Source: Eledone cirrhosa
Lineage: Eukaryota
Assembly (NCBI GenBank): GCA_964016885.1
Contig: OZ024744.1
Coordinates: 28,272,001 to 28,336,000, forward strand
Length of the DNA stretch: 64,000 bases
Direction: 5' to 3'
Shown here piece by piece: positions 27,301 through 41,460 of the stretch (position 1 is the first letter of the stretch; every line of letters starts with the position of its first letter). The translations under genes and the position numbers were made by a program. The notes under the pieces were generated by a model that was not told the origin of the DNA, did no database searches, and saw nothing but the letters and a program-made list of their open reading frames with translations.

Positions 27301-30300
27301 ATTATCCCTGTTGTTGTTGGCGCTGTTATAACTGTTATTGTCACTATTGCTTTTGTTGTTGTCGCTCTTATCACTCTTATTGTCATTGTTGTTGTTGTTC
27401 TCGCTGCTATCCCTGTTATTGTTACTGTTGTTGTTCTCGCTGTTATCACTGTTATTGTCACTGTTGTTGTTGTCGCTGTTATATCTGTTATTGTCACTGT
27501 TGTTATTGTTGCTGTCTCTGTTATCACTGTTATTGTCATTGTTGTTGTTGTTGTTGTACTCGCTGTTATCACTGTTATTGTCACTGTTGTTGTCGATGTT
27601 ATCACTGTTATTTTCATTGTTGTTTTTGTTGTCACTGTTATAACTGTTATTGTCATTGTCGTTGTTGTTGTCGCTGTTATCACTGTTATTGTCATTGTTG
27701 TTGTTGTTGTCGCTGTTATCACTGTTATTGTCACTGTTGTTGTTGTTGTCCCTGTTATCACTTTTATTGTCACTGTTGTCGTTGTTGTCTCTGCTATCAC
27801 TGTTATTGTCATTGTTGTTATTGTTGTTGTCGCTGTTATAACTGTTATTGTCATTGTTGTTGTTGTCGCTGTTATAACTGTTATTGTCACTGTTGTCGTT
27901 GTCCCTGTTATCACTGTTATTGTCACTGTTGTTGTCGCCGTTATCACTGTTATTGTCATTGTTGTTGTTGTCGCTGTTATAACTGTTATTGTCATTGTTG
28001 TTGTTGTTGTTGTCGTTGTTATCACTGTTATTGTCATTGTTGTTGTCGCTGTTATCACTGTTATTGTCACTGTTGTTGTTGTTGTCGCTGTTATCACTGT
28101 TATTGTCACTGTTGTTGTCACTGTTATAAATGTTATTGTCACTGTTGTTGTTGTCGCTGTTATAACTGTTATTCTCATTGTTGTTGTTGTCGCTGTTATA
28201 ACTGTTATTGTCACTGTTGTTGTCGCTGTTATTGTCACTGTTGTTGTTTTGTTGTTGTTTTGTTGTTGTTGCTGTTATCACTGTTATTGTTCTGTTGTTG
28301 TTGATGTCGCTGTTATAACTGTTATTGCCATTGTTGTTGTGGTTGTCTCTGTTATCACTGTTATTGTCAATATTGTTGTTGTCGCTGTTATAACTTTTTT
28401 GTTATTGGTGTTGTTGTCGCTGTTATGACTGTTATTGTCATTGTTGTTGTAGTCGCTGTTATCACTGTTAATGTCATTGTTGTTGTTGTTTTTGTCGCTG
28501 TTATTACTGTTATTGTCACTGTGGTTATTGTTGTTCTCGCTGTTATCACAGTTATTGTCACTGTTGTTGTTGTTGTTGTTGTCGCTGTTATAACTGTTAT
28601 TGTCACTGTTGTTGTTGTTCTTGTCGCTGTTATAACTGTTATTGTCACTGTTGTTGTTGTAGCTTTTATCACTGTTATTGACACTGTTGTTATTGTTGTC
28701 GCTGTTATAACTGTTATTGTCACTGTTGTTGTTGTGGTTCTCGCTGTTATAACTGTTATTGTGACTGTTTTTGTTGTTGTCGCTGTTATAACTGTTATTG
28801 TCATTGTTGTTGTTGTTGTCGCTGTTATCACTGTTATTGACACTGTCGTTGTTGTTGTTCTCGCTGTTATCACTGTTATTGTCACTGTTGATGTTGTTGT
28901 CGATGTTATAACTGTTATTGTCACTGTTGTTGTTGCTGTTGTCGCTGTCATAACTCTTAATGTCACTGTTGTTGTTGTCGTTGTTGTTGTCGTTTTTATC
29001 ACTGTTATTGTCATTATTGTTGTTCTCGCTGTTATCACTGGTATTGACACTGTTGTTGTTGTTGTCGCTGTTATAACTGTTATTGTCTCTGTTGATGTTG
29101 TTGTTGTCGCTGTTATAACTGTTATTGTCACTGTTGTTGTTGTCGCTGTTATAACTCTTATTGTCACTGTTATTATTGTTGTTGTCGTTGTTATCACTGT
29201 TATTGTCATTATTGTTGTTGGCGCTGTTATCACTGTTATTGTTGTCGCTGTTATCACTGTTATCATCCCTGTTGTTGTTGTCGCTGTTATAACTGTTATT
29301 GTCACTATTGCTTTTGTTGTTGTCGCTCTTATCACTCTTATTGTCATTGTTGTTGTTGTTCTCGCTGCTATCCCTGTTATTGTTACTGTTGTTGTTCTCG
29401 CTGTTATCACTGTTATTGTCACTGTTGTTGTTGTCGCTGTTATATCTGTTATTGTCACTGTTGTTATTGTTGCTGTCTCTGTTATCACTGTTATTGTCAT
29501 TGTTGTTGTTGTTGTTGTACTCGCTGTTATCACTGTTATTGTCACTGTTGTTGTCGATGTTATCACTGTTATTTTCATTGTTGTTTTTGTTGTCACTGTT
29601 ATAACTGTTATTGTCATTGTCGTTGTTGTTGTCGCTGTTATCACTGTTATTGTCATTGTTGTTGTTGTCGCTGTTATCACTGTTATTGTCACTTTTGTTG
29701 TTGTTGTCCCTGTTATCACTTTTATTGTCACTGTTGTCGTTGTTGTCTCTGCTATCACTGTTATTGTCATTGTTGTTATTGTTGTTGTCGCTGTTATAAC
29801 TGTTATTGTCATTGTTGTTGTTGTCGCTGTTATAACTGTTATTGTCACTGTTGTCGTTGTCCATGTTATAACTGTTACTGTCACTGTTGTTGTTGTCGCT
29901 GTTATCACTGTTATTGTCACTGTTGTTGTCGCCGTTATCACTTTTATTGTCATTGTTGTTGTTGTCGCTGTTATAACTGTTATTGTCATTGTTGTTGTTG
30001 TTGTTGTCGCTGTTATCACTGTTATTGTCATTGTTGTTGTCGCTGTTATCACTGTTATTGTCACTGTTGTTGTCACTGTTATAAATGTTATTGTCACTGT
30101 TGTTGTTGTCGCTGTTATAACTGTTATTGTCACTGTTGTTGTTGTTGTCGCTGTTAAAACTGTTATTGTCACTGTCGTTTTTGTTCTCGCTCTTATCACT
30201 GTTATTGTCACTGTTGTTTTTGTTCTCGCAGTTATCACTGTTATTGTCACTGTTGTTGTTGTTGCTGTCGGTGTTATAACTGTTATTAGTTAATGTTGTT

Positions 30301-32888
30301 GTTGTTCTCGCTGTTATAACTGTTATTGTCATTGTTGTTGTTGTTGTCGCTGTTATCACTGTTATTGTCATTGTTGTTGTTGTCGCTATTATCACTGTTA
30401 TTGTCACTGTTGTTGTTGTTGTCGCTGTTATCACTGTTATTGTCACAGTTGTTGTCGCTGTTATCACTGTTATTGTCATTGTTGTTGTTGTTGTTGTCGC
30501 TGTTATCACTGTTATTGTCATTGTTGTTGTCGCTATTATCGCTGTTATTGTCACTGTTGTTGTTGGTCTCGCTGGTATAACTGTTATTGTCACTGTTGTT
30601 GTTGTTGCTGTTATAACTGTTATTACACTGTTGTTGTTCTTGTCGCTGTTATAACTGTTATTGTCATTGTTGTTGTTGTTGTTGTTGTCGCTGTTATCAA
30701 TGTTGTTGTCATTGTTGTTGTTGTTGTTCTCACTGTTATCACTGTTATTGTCACTGTTGTTGTTGTTGTTCTCGCTGTTATCACTCTTATTGTCACTATT
30801 GTTGTTGTTGTCGCCGTTATAACTGTTATTGTCACTGTTGTTGTTGTCGCTGTTTTAACTGTTATTGTCATTGTTGTTGTTGTTGTTGTCGCAGTTATCA
30901 CTGTCATTGTCACTATTGTTGTCGCTGTTATCACTGTTATCGTCATCGTTGTTGTTGTTCTCGCTGTTATCACTGTTATTGTCACTGTTGTCGCTGTTAT
31001 CACTGTTATTGTCACTGTTGTTGTCGCTGTTATCACTGTTATTTTCATTGTTGTTGTTGTTGTTCTCTCTGTTATCACTGTTATTGTCACTGTTGTTGTG
31101 GTTCTCGCTGTTATAACTGTTATTGTGACTTTTGTTGTTGTTGTCGCTGTTATAACTGTTATTGTCACTGTTGTTGTTGTCGCTGTTATAACTGTTATTG
31201 TTACTGTTGTTGTTGCTGTTGTCGCTGTCATAACTCTTATTGTCACTGTTGTTGTTGTTGTTGTTATCACTGTTCTTGTCATTATTGTTGTTCTCGCTGT
31301 TATCACTGGTATTGACACTGTTGTTGTTGTTGTCGTTGTTATAAATGTTATTGTCTCTGTTGATGTTGTTGTTGTCGCTGTTATAACTGTTATTGTCACT
31401 GTTGTTGTTGTCGTTTTATAACTCTTATTGTCACTATTTTTGTTGTTGTTGTCGTTGTTATCACTGTTATTGTCATTATTGTTGTTGGCGCTGTTATCAC
31501 TGTTATTGTCATTGTTGTTGTTGTCGCTGTTATCACTGTTATTGTCCCTGATGTTGTTGTCGCTGTTATAACTGTTATTGTCAATATTGTCAATATTGTT
31601 GTTCTCGCTGCTATCCCTGTTATTGTTACTGTTGTTGTTGTTGTTCTCGCTGTTATCACAGTTATTGTCACTGTTGTTGTGTTGTTCTCGCTGTTATCAC
31701 TGTTATTGTCACTGTTGTTGTTGTTGTCACTGTTATATCTGTTATTGTCACTGTTGTTGTTGTTCTCGCAGTTATCACTGTTATTGTCACTGTTGTTGTT
31801 GTTGCTGTCGGTGTTATAACTGTTATTAGTTAATGTTGTTGTTGTTCTCGCTGTTATAACTGTTATTGTCATTGTTGTTGTTGTTGTCGCTGTTATCACT
31901 GTTATTGTCATTGTTGTAGTTGTCGCTATTATCACTGTTATTGTCACTGTTGTTGTTGATGTCGCTGTTATCACTGTTATTGTTACAGTTGTTGTCGCTG
32001 TTATCACTGTTATTGTCATTGTTGTTGTTGTTGTTGTCGCTGTTATCACTGTTATTGTCATTGTTGTTGTCGCTATTATCGCTGTTATTGTCACTGTTGT
32101 TGTTGGTCTCGCTGGTATAACTGTTATTGTCACTCTTGTTGTTGTTGCTGTTATAACTGTTATTACACTGTTGTTGTTCTTGTCGCTGTTATAACTGTTA
32201 TTTTCATTGTTGTTGTTGTTGTTGTTGTCGCTGTTATCAATGTTATTGTCATTGTTGTTGTTGTTGTTCTCACTGTTATCACTGTTATTGTCACTGTTGT
32301 TGTTGTTGTTCTCGCTGTTATCACTCTTATTGTCACTATTGTTGTTGTTGTCGCCGTTATAACTGTTATTGTCACTGTTGTTGTTGTCGCTGTTTTAACT
32401 GTTATTGTCATTGTTGTTGTTGTTGTTGTCGCAGTTATCACTGTCATTGTCACTATTGTTGTCGCTGTTATCACTGTTATCGTCATCGTTGTTGTTGTTC
32501 TCGCTGTTATCACTGTTATTGTCACTGTTGTCGCAGTTATGACTGTTATTGTCACTGTTGTTGGTGTCGCTGTTATCACTGTTATTGTCACTGTTGTTCT
32601 TGTCGCTGTTATAATTGTTATGGTCACTGTTGTTGCTGTTCTCGCTGTTATCACTGTTATTGTCACTGTTGTTGTTGTCGCTGTTATCGCTGTTATTGTC
32701 ATTGTTGTTGTTGTCGCTGTTATCACTGTTATTGTCACTGATGTTGTTGTTCTCGCTGTTATCACTGTTATTGTCACTGTTGTTGTTGTTGTTGTTCTCG
32801 CTGTTATCACTGTTATTGTCATTGCTGTTGTTGTTGTCGCTGTTATCACTGTTATTGTCACTGTTGTTGTTGTTCTCGCTGTTATTGT

Positions 32889-32920
<32 letters not shown>

Positions 32921-35900
32921 CTGTTGTTGTTGTCTCTGTTATCACTGTTATTGTCACTGTTGTTGTTGTACTCGCTGTTATCACTGTTATTGTCATTGTT
33001 GTTGTTGTTGTCGCTGTTATCACTGTTATTGTCACTGTTGTTGTCGCTGTTATCACTGTTATTTTCATTGTTGTTGTTGTTGTTCTCTCTGTTATCACTG
33101 TTATTGTCACTGTTGTTGTGGTTCTCGCTGTTATAACTGTTATTGTGACTTTTGTTGTTGTTGTCGCTGTTATAACTGTTATTGTCACTGTTGTTGTTGT
33201 CGCTGTTATAACTGTTATTGTTACTGTTGTTGTTGCTGTTGTCGCTGTCATAACTCTTATTGTCACTGTTGTTGTTGTTGTTGTTGTTATCACTGTTCTT
33301 GTCATTATTGTTGTTCTCGCTGTTATCACTGGTATTGACACTGTTGTTGTTGTTGTCGTTGTTATAAATGTTATTGTCTCTGTTGATGTTGTTGTTGTCG
33401 CTGTTATAACTGTTATTGTCACTGTTGTTGTTGTCGTGTTATAACTCTTATTGTCACTATTTTTGTTGTTGTTGTCGTTGTTATCACTGTTATTGTCATT
33501 ATTGTTGTTGGCGCTGTTATCACTGTTATTGTCATTGTTGTTGTTGTCGCTGTTATCACTGTTATTGTCCCTGATGTTGTTGTCGCTGTTATAACTGTTA
33601 TTGTCAATATTGTCAATATTGTTGTTCTCGCTGCTATCCCTGTTATTGTTACTGTTGTTGTTGTTGTTCTCGCAGTTATCACAGTTATTGTCACTGTTGT
33701 TGTGTTGTTCTCGCTGTTATCACTGTTATTGTCACTGTTGTTGTTGTTGTTACTGTTATATCTGTTATTGTCACTGTTGTTGTTGTTGCTGTCGCTGTTA
33801 TCACTGTTATTGTCATTGTTGTTGTTGTTGTACTCGCTGTTATCACTGTTATTGTCACTGTTGTTGTCGATGTTATCATTGTTATTTTCATTGTTGTTTT
33901 TGTTGTCACTGTTATAACTGTTATTGTCATTGTTGTTGTTGTTGTCGCTGTTATCACTGTTATTGTCATTGTTGTTGTTGTCGCTGTTATCACTGTTATT
34001 GTCACTGTTGTTGTTGTTGTCCCTGTTATCACTGTTATTGTCACTGTTGTTGTTGTTGTTGTCACTGTTATTTATAAATGTTATTGTCACTGTTGTTGTT
34101 GTCGCTGTTATAACTGTTATTGTCACTGTTGTTGTTGTCGCTGTTATAACTGTTATTGTCACTGTTTTTGTTGTTGTCGATGTTATAAATGTTATTGTCA
34201 CTGTTGTTGTTGTGTTGTCGCTGTTATCACTGTTATTGTCACTGCTGTTGTTGTTGTCTCTGTTATCACTATTATTGTCATTGTTGTTATTGTTGTTGTC
34301 GCTGTTATAACTGTTATTGTCACTGTTGTCGTTGTCCCTGTTATAACTGTTATTGTCACTGTTGTTGTTGTCGCTGTTATCACTGTTATTGTCACTGTTG
34401 TTGTCGGCGTTATCACTGTTATTGTCATTGTTGTTGTTGTCGCTGTTATAACTGTTATTGTCATTGTTGTTGTCGCTGTTATCACTGTTATTGTCACTGT
34501 TGTTGTTGTTATCGCTGTTATCACTGTTATTGTCACTGTTGTTGTTGTCACTGTTATAAATGTTATTGTCACTGTTGTTGTTGTTGTCGCTGTTAAAACT
34601 GTTATTGTCACTGTCGTTTTTGTTGTCGCTCTTATCACTGTTATTGTCACTGTTGTTGTTGTTGTCGCTGTTATTGTCACTGTTGTTGTTTTGTTGTTGT
34701 TGTTGTCGCTGTTATCACTGTTATTGTTCTGTTGTTGTTGTTGTTGTCGCTGTTATAACTGTTATTGCCATTGTTGTTGTTGTTGTTGTCTCTGTTATCA
34801 CTGTTATTGTCACTGTTGTTGTTGTCGCTGTTATAACTGTTATTGTTGTTGTCGTTGTTATCACTGTTAATGTCATTGTTGTTGTTGTTTTTGTCGCTGT
34901 TATTATGGTTATTGTCACTGTGGTTGTTGTTGTTCTCGCTGTTATGACAGTTATTGTCACTGTTGTTGTTGTTGTCGCTGTTATAACTGTTATTGTCACT
35001 GTTGTTGCTGTTGTCGATGTTATTGTCACTGTTGTTGTTTTGTTGTTGTTGTTGTCGTCGCTGTTGTAACTGTTATTGCCATTGTTGTTGTTGTTGTTGT
35101 CTCTATTATCACTGTTATTGTTACTGTTGTTGTTGTCGCTGTTATAACTGATATTGTTATTGGTGTTTTTGTTGTCGCTGTAATAACTGTTATTGTCATT
35201 ATTGTTGTTGTCGCTGTTATCACTGTTATTGTCACTGTTGTTGTTTTGTTGTTGTTGTTGTCGTCGTTGTCATCACTGTTATTGTCACTGTTGCTGTTGT
35301 TGTTGTCGTTGTTATCATGCTTATTGTCACTGTTGTTATTGTCGTTGTTGTCGTTGTCATCACTGTTATTGTCGCTGTTGTTGTTGTCGCTGTTATTTTC
35401 ACTGTTGATGTTTTGTTGTTGTTGTTGTCGTCGTTGTCATCACTGTTATTGTCGCTGTTGTTGTCGTTGTTGTCGTTGTTATCATGGTTATTGTCACTGT
35501 TGTTGTTGTTGTTATTATTGTTATAGTCACTGTTGTTGTTGTCGCTGTTATAACTGTTATTGTCACTGTTGTTGTTGTTGTCATTGTTATCACTGTTATT
35601 GTCACTATTGTTGTTGTCGCTGTTATCACTGTTATTGTCACTGTTGTTGTTGTTCTCGCTGTTATCACTGTTATTGTCACTGTTGTTGTGTTGTTGTCGC
35701 TGTTATAACTGTTATTGTCAAAGTTGTTGTTGTCGCTGTTATAACTGTTATTGTCACTGTTATTGTTGTTGTCGCTGTTACCACTGTTATTGTCTTTGTT
35801 GTTGTTGTTCTCGCTGTTATCACTGTTATTGTCGTTGATGTTGTTGTCGCTGTTATCACTTATATTGTCATTGTTGTTGTTGTTGTCGCTGTTATAACTG

Positions 35901-38900
35901 TTATTGTCACTGATGTTGTTGTTGTCGCTGTTTTAACTGTTATTGTCAAAGTTGTTGTTGTCTCTGTCATCACTGTTATTGTCACTGTTGTTGTTGTTGT
36001 CGCTGTTATCACTGTTATTGTCACTGGTGTTGTTGTTGTCGCTGTTAGTGTCACTCTTGTTGTTTTGTTGTTGTTGTCGTCGTTGTCATCACTGTTATTG
36101 TCGCTGTTGTTGTTGTTGTTGTCGTTGTTATCATGCTTATTGTCACTGTTGTTGTTGTTGTGGTTGTTGTTGTTGTTATCACTGTTATTGTCACTGTTGT
36201 CTTTGTTGTTGTCGTTGTCATGACTGTTATTGTAGCTGTTGTTGTTGTTGTTGTTCTCGCTGTTATTGTCACTGTTGTTGTTTTGTTGTTGTTGTTGTCG
36301 TCGTTGTCATCACTGTTATCGTCGCTGTTGTTGTCGTTGTTGTCCTTGTTATCATGGTTATTGTCACTGTTGTTGTCGCTTTTATCACTGTTATTTTCAC
36401 TGTTGTTGTGGTTCTCGCTGTTATAACTGTTATTGTGACTGTTGTTGTTGTTGTCGCTGTTATAACTGTTATTGTCATTGTTGTTGTTGTCGCTGTTATC
36501 ACTGTTATTGACACTGTTGTTGTTGTTGGTCTCGCTGTTATCACTGTTATTGTCACTGTTGCTGTTGTTGTCGCTGTTATAACTGTTATTGTCACTGTTG
36601 TTGTTGCTGTTGTCGCTGTCATAACTCTTATTGACACTGTTGTTGTTGTTGTTGTTGTCGTTGTTATCACTGTTATTGTCATTATTGTTGTTCTCGCTGT
36701 TATCACTGGTATTGACACTGTTGTTGTTGTTGTCGCTGTTATAACTGTTATTGTCTCTGTTGATGTTGTTGTTGTCGCTGTTATAACTGTTATTGTCACT
36801 GTTGTTGTTGTCGCTGTTATAACTCTTATTGTCACTGTTTTTGTTGTTGTTGTCGTTGTTATCACTGTCATTGTCATTATTGTTGTTGGCGCTGTTATCA
36901 CTGTTATTGTCATTGTTGTTGTTGTTGTCGCTGTTATCACTGTATTGTCCCTGTTGTTGTTGTCGCTGTTATAACTGTTATTGTCAATATTGCTTTTGTT
37001 GTTGTCGCTCTTATCACTCTTATTGTCATTGTTGTTGTTGTTCTCGCTGCTATCCCTGTTATTGTTACTGTTGTTGTTGTTGTTCTCGCTGTTATCACAG
37101 TTATTGTCACTTTTGTTGTGTTGTTCTCGCTGTTAGCACTGTTATTGTCACTGTTGTTGTTGTTGTCGCTGTTATATCTGTTATTGTCACTGTTGTTGTT
37201 GCTGTCGCTGTTATCACTGTTATTGTCATTGTTGTTGTTGTTGTACTCGCAGTTATCACTGTTATTATCACTGTTGTTGTTGTCGCTGTTATCACTGTTA
37301 TTTTCATTGTTGTTTTTGTTGTCACTGTTATAACTGTTATTGTCATTGTTGTTGTCGCTGTTATCACTGTTATTGTCATTGTTGTTGTTGTTGTCGCTGT
37401 TATCACTGTCATTGTCACTGTTGTTGTTGTTGTCCCTGTTATCACTGTTATTGTCACTGTTGTTGTTGTCGCTGTTATAACTGTTATTGTCACTGTTGTT
37501 GTTGTCGCTGTTATAACTGTTATTGTCACTGTTTTTGTTGTTGTCGCTGTTATAACTGTTATTGTCACTGTTGTTGTTGTTGTAGTTGTTGTTGTCGCTG
37601 TTATCACTGTTATTGTCACTGTTGTTGTTGTCGTTGTTATCAGTGTTATTGTCATTGTTGTTATTGTTGTTGTCGCTGTTATAACTGTTATTGTCATTGT
37701 TGTTGTTGTCGCTGTTATAACTGTTATTGTCACTGTTGTCGTTGTCCCTGTTATAACTGTTATTGTCACTGTTGTTGTTGCTGTTGTCGCTGTCATAACT
37801 CTTATTGTCACTGTTGTTGTTGTTGTTGTCGTTATTATCACTGTTATTGTAATTATTGTTGTTCTCGCTGTTATCACTGGTATTGACACTGTTGTTGTTG
37901 TCGCTGTTATAACTGTTATTGTCACTGTTGTTGTTGTGGTTCTCGCTGTTATAACTGTTATTGTGACTGTTGTTGTTCTTGTCGCTGTTATAACTGTTAT
38001 TGTCATTGTTGTTGTTGTTGTCGCTGTTATCACTGTTATTGACACTGTCGTTGTTGTTGTTCTCGCTGTTATCACTGTTATTGTCACTGTTGTTGTTGTT
38101 GTCGCTGTTATAACTGTTATTGTCACTGTTGTTGTTGTGGTTCTCGCTGTTATAACTGTTTTTGTCACTGTTGTTGTTGTTGTCGTTGTTATCACTGTTA
38201 TTGTCATTATTGTTGTTCTCGCTGTTATCACTGGTATTGACACTGTTGTTGTTGTTGTCGCTGTTATAACTGTTATTGTCTCTGTTGATGTTGTTGTTGT
38301 CGCTGTTATAACTGTTATTGTCACTGTTCTTGTTGTCGCTGTTATAACTCTTATTGTCACTGTTGTTGTTGTTGTCGTTGTTATCACTGTTATTGTCATT
38401 ATTGTTGTTGGCGCTGTTATCACTGTTATTGTTGTCGCTGTTATCACTGTTATTATCCCTGTTGTTGTTGTCGCTGTTATAACTGTTATTGTCACTATTG
38501 CTTTTGTTGTTGTCGCTCTTATCACTCTTATTGTCATTGTTGTTGTTGTTCTCGCTGCTATCCCTGTTATTGTTACTGTTGTTGTTCTCGCTGTTATCAC
38601 TGTTATTGTCACTGTTGTTGTTGTCGCTGTTATATCTGTTATTGTCACTGTTGTTATTGTTGCTGTCTCTGTTATCACTGTTATTGTCATTGTTGTTGTT
38701 GTTGTTGTACTCGCTGTTATCACTGTTATTGTCACTGTTGTTGTCGATGTTATCACTGTTATTTTCATTGTTGTTTTTGTTGTCACTGTTATAACTGTTA
38801 TTGTCATTGTCGTTGTTGTTGTCGCTGTTATCACTGTTATTGTCATTGTTGTTGTTGTTGTCGCTGTTATCACTGTTATTGTCACTGTTGTTGTTGTTGT

Positions 38901-41460
38901 CCCTGTTATCACTTTTATTGTCACTGTTGTCGTTGTTGTCTCTGCTATCACTGTTATTGTCATTGTTGTTATTGTTGTTGTCGCTGTTATAACTGTTATT
39001 GTCATTGTCGTTGTTGTCGCTGTTATAACTGTTATTGTCACTGTTGTCGTTGTCCCTGTTATCACTGTTATTGTCACTGTTGTCGCCGTTATAACTGTTA
39101 TTGTCATTGTTGTTGTTGTCGCTGTTATAACTGTTATTGTCATTGTTGTTGTTGTTGTTGTCGTTGTTATCACTGTTATTGTCATTGTTGTTGTCGCTGT
39201 TATCACTCTTATTGTCACTGTTGTTGTTGTTGTCGCTGTTATCACTGTTATTGTCACTGTTGTTGTCACTGTTATAAATGATATTGTCACTGTTGTTGTT
39301 GTCGCTGTTGTTGTCACTGTTGTTGTTGTTGTCGCTGTTATAACTGTTATTGTCACTGTCGTTTTTGTTCTCGCTCTTATCACTGTTATTGTCACTGTTG
39401 TTGTTGTTGTCGCTGTTATAACTGTTATTCTCATTGTTGTTGTTGTCGCTGTTATAACTGTTATTGTCACTGTTGTTGTTTTGTTGTTGTTGTTGTTGTC
39501 GCTGTTATCACTGTTATTGTTCTGTTGTTGTTGATGTCGCTGTTATAACTGTTATTGCCATTGTTGTTGTTGTTGTCTCTGTTATCTCTGTTATTGTCAA
39601 TATTGTTGTTGTCGCTGTTATAACTTTTTTGTTATTGGTGTTGTTGTCGCTGTTATGACTGTTATTGTCATTGTTGTTGTAGTCGCTGTTATCACTGTTA
39701 ATGTCATTGTTGTTGTTGTTTTTGTCGCTGTTATTACTGTTATTGTCACTGTGGTTATTGTTGTTCTCGCTGTTATCACAGTTATTGTCACTGTTGTTGT
39801 TGTTGTTGTTGTCGCTGTTATAACTGTTATTGTCACTGTTGTTGTTGTTCTTGTCGCTGTTATAACTGTTATTGTCACTGTTGTTGTTGTAGCTTTTATC
39901 ACTGTTATTGACACTGTTGTTATTGTTGTCGCTGTTATAACTGTTATTGTCACTGTTGTTGTTGTGGTTCTCGCTGTTATAACTGTTATTCTGACTGTTT
40001 TTGTTGTTGTCGCTGTTATAACTGTTATTGTCATTGTTGTTGTTGTTGTCGCTGTTATCACTGTTATTGACACTGTCGTTGTTGTTGTTCTCGCTGTTAT
40101 CACTGTTATTGTCACTGTTGATGTTGTTGTCGCTGTTATAACTGTTATTGTCACTGTTGTTGTTGCTGTTGTCGCTGTCATAACTCTTATTGTCACTGTT
40201 GTTGTTGTTGTTGTTGTTGTCGTTGTTATCACTGTTATTGTCATTATTGTTGTTCTCGCTGTTATCACTGGTATTGACACTGTTGTTGTTGTTGTCGCTG
40301 TTATAACTGTTATTGTCTCTGTTGATGTTGTTGTTGTCGCTGTTATAACTGTTATTGTCACTGTTGTTGTTGTCGCTGTTATAACTCTTATTGTCACTGT
40401 TGTTGTTGTTGTTGTCGTTGTTATCACTGTTATTGTCATTATTGTTGTTGGCGCTGTTATCACTGTTATTGTTGTCGCTGTTATCACTGTTATTATCCCT
40501 GTTGTTGTTGTCGCTGTTATAACTGTTATTGTCACTATTGCTTTTGTTGTTGTCGCTCTTATCACTCTTATTGTCATTGTTGTTGTTGTTCTCGCTGCTA
40601 TCCCTGTTATTTTTACTGTTGTTGTTCTCGCTGTTATCACTGTTATTGTCACTGTTGTTGTTGTCGCTGTTATATCTGTTATTGTCACTGTTGTTATTGT
40701 TGCTGTCTCTGTTATCACTGTTATTGTCATTGTTGTTGTTGTTGTACTCGCTGTTATCACTGTTATTGTCACTGTTGTTGTCGATGTTATCACTGTTATT
40801 TTCATTGTTGTTTTTGTTGTCACTGTTATAACTGTTATTGTCATTGTCGTTGGTGTTGTCGCTGTTATCACTGTTATTGTCATTGTTGTTGTTGTCGCTG
40901 TTATCACTGTTATTGTCACTGTTGTTGTTGTTGTCCCTGTTATCACTTTTATTGTCACTGTTGTCGTTGTTGTCTCTGCTATCACTGTTATTGTCATTGT
41001 TGTTATTGTTGTTGTCGCTGTTATAACTGTTATTGTCATTGTTGTTGTTGTCGCTGTTATAACTGTTATTGTCACTGTTGTCGTTGTCCCTGTTATAACT
41101 GTTACTGTCACTGTTGTTGTTGTCGCTGTTATCACTGTTATTGTCACTGTTGTTGTCGCCGTTATCACTGTTATTGTCATTGTTGTTGTTGTCGCTGTTA
41201 TAACTGTTATTGTCATTGTTGTTGTTGTTGTCGCTGTTATCACTGTTATTGTCATTGTTGTTGTCGCTTTTATCACTGTTATTGTCACTGTTGTTGTTGT
41301 TGTCGCTGTTATCACTGTTATTGTCACTGTTGTTGTCACTGTTATAAATGTTATTGTCACTGTTGTTGTTGTCGCTGTTATAACTGTTATTGTCACTGTT
41401 GTTGTTGTTGTCGCTGTTATAACTGTTATTGTCACTGTCGTTTTTGTTCTCGCTCTTATC
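21390..41460. repeat. Large duplication: ~21390-30200 recurs at ~32590-41460 (offset ~11.15-11.27 kb)
   Basis: Colinear ORF pairs 22150/33419, 22932/34198, 23835/35026, 24666/35860, 25078/36269, 25956/37107, 27338/38489, 28388/39618, 29299/40529. Rare variants atggtcact (~21423/~32620) and gttagcact (25981/~37132). Confidence 0.92.
30215..33775. repeat. Tandem duplication of a 1540-bp unit (~30215-31755); the second copy (~31755-33775) is 483 bp longer
   Basis: attagttaat at 30285/31825 and ORFs 30623/32163 (offset 1540). The offset then becomes 2023 (ORFs 31396/33419, 31578/33601). Confidence 0.88.

Noticed and set aside
28390-28405. T-run (acttttttgtt) as a terminator or retroelement tail; TATAA motifs as promoters
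   Set aside because: These are monomer variants copied with the higher-order repeats, with no hairpin, target-site duplication or associated gene.
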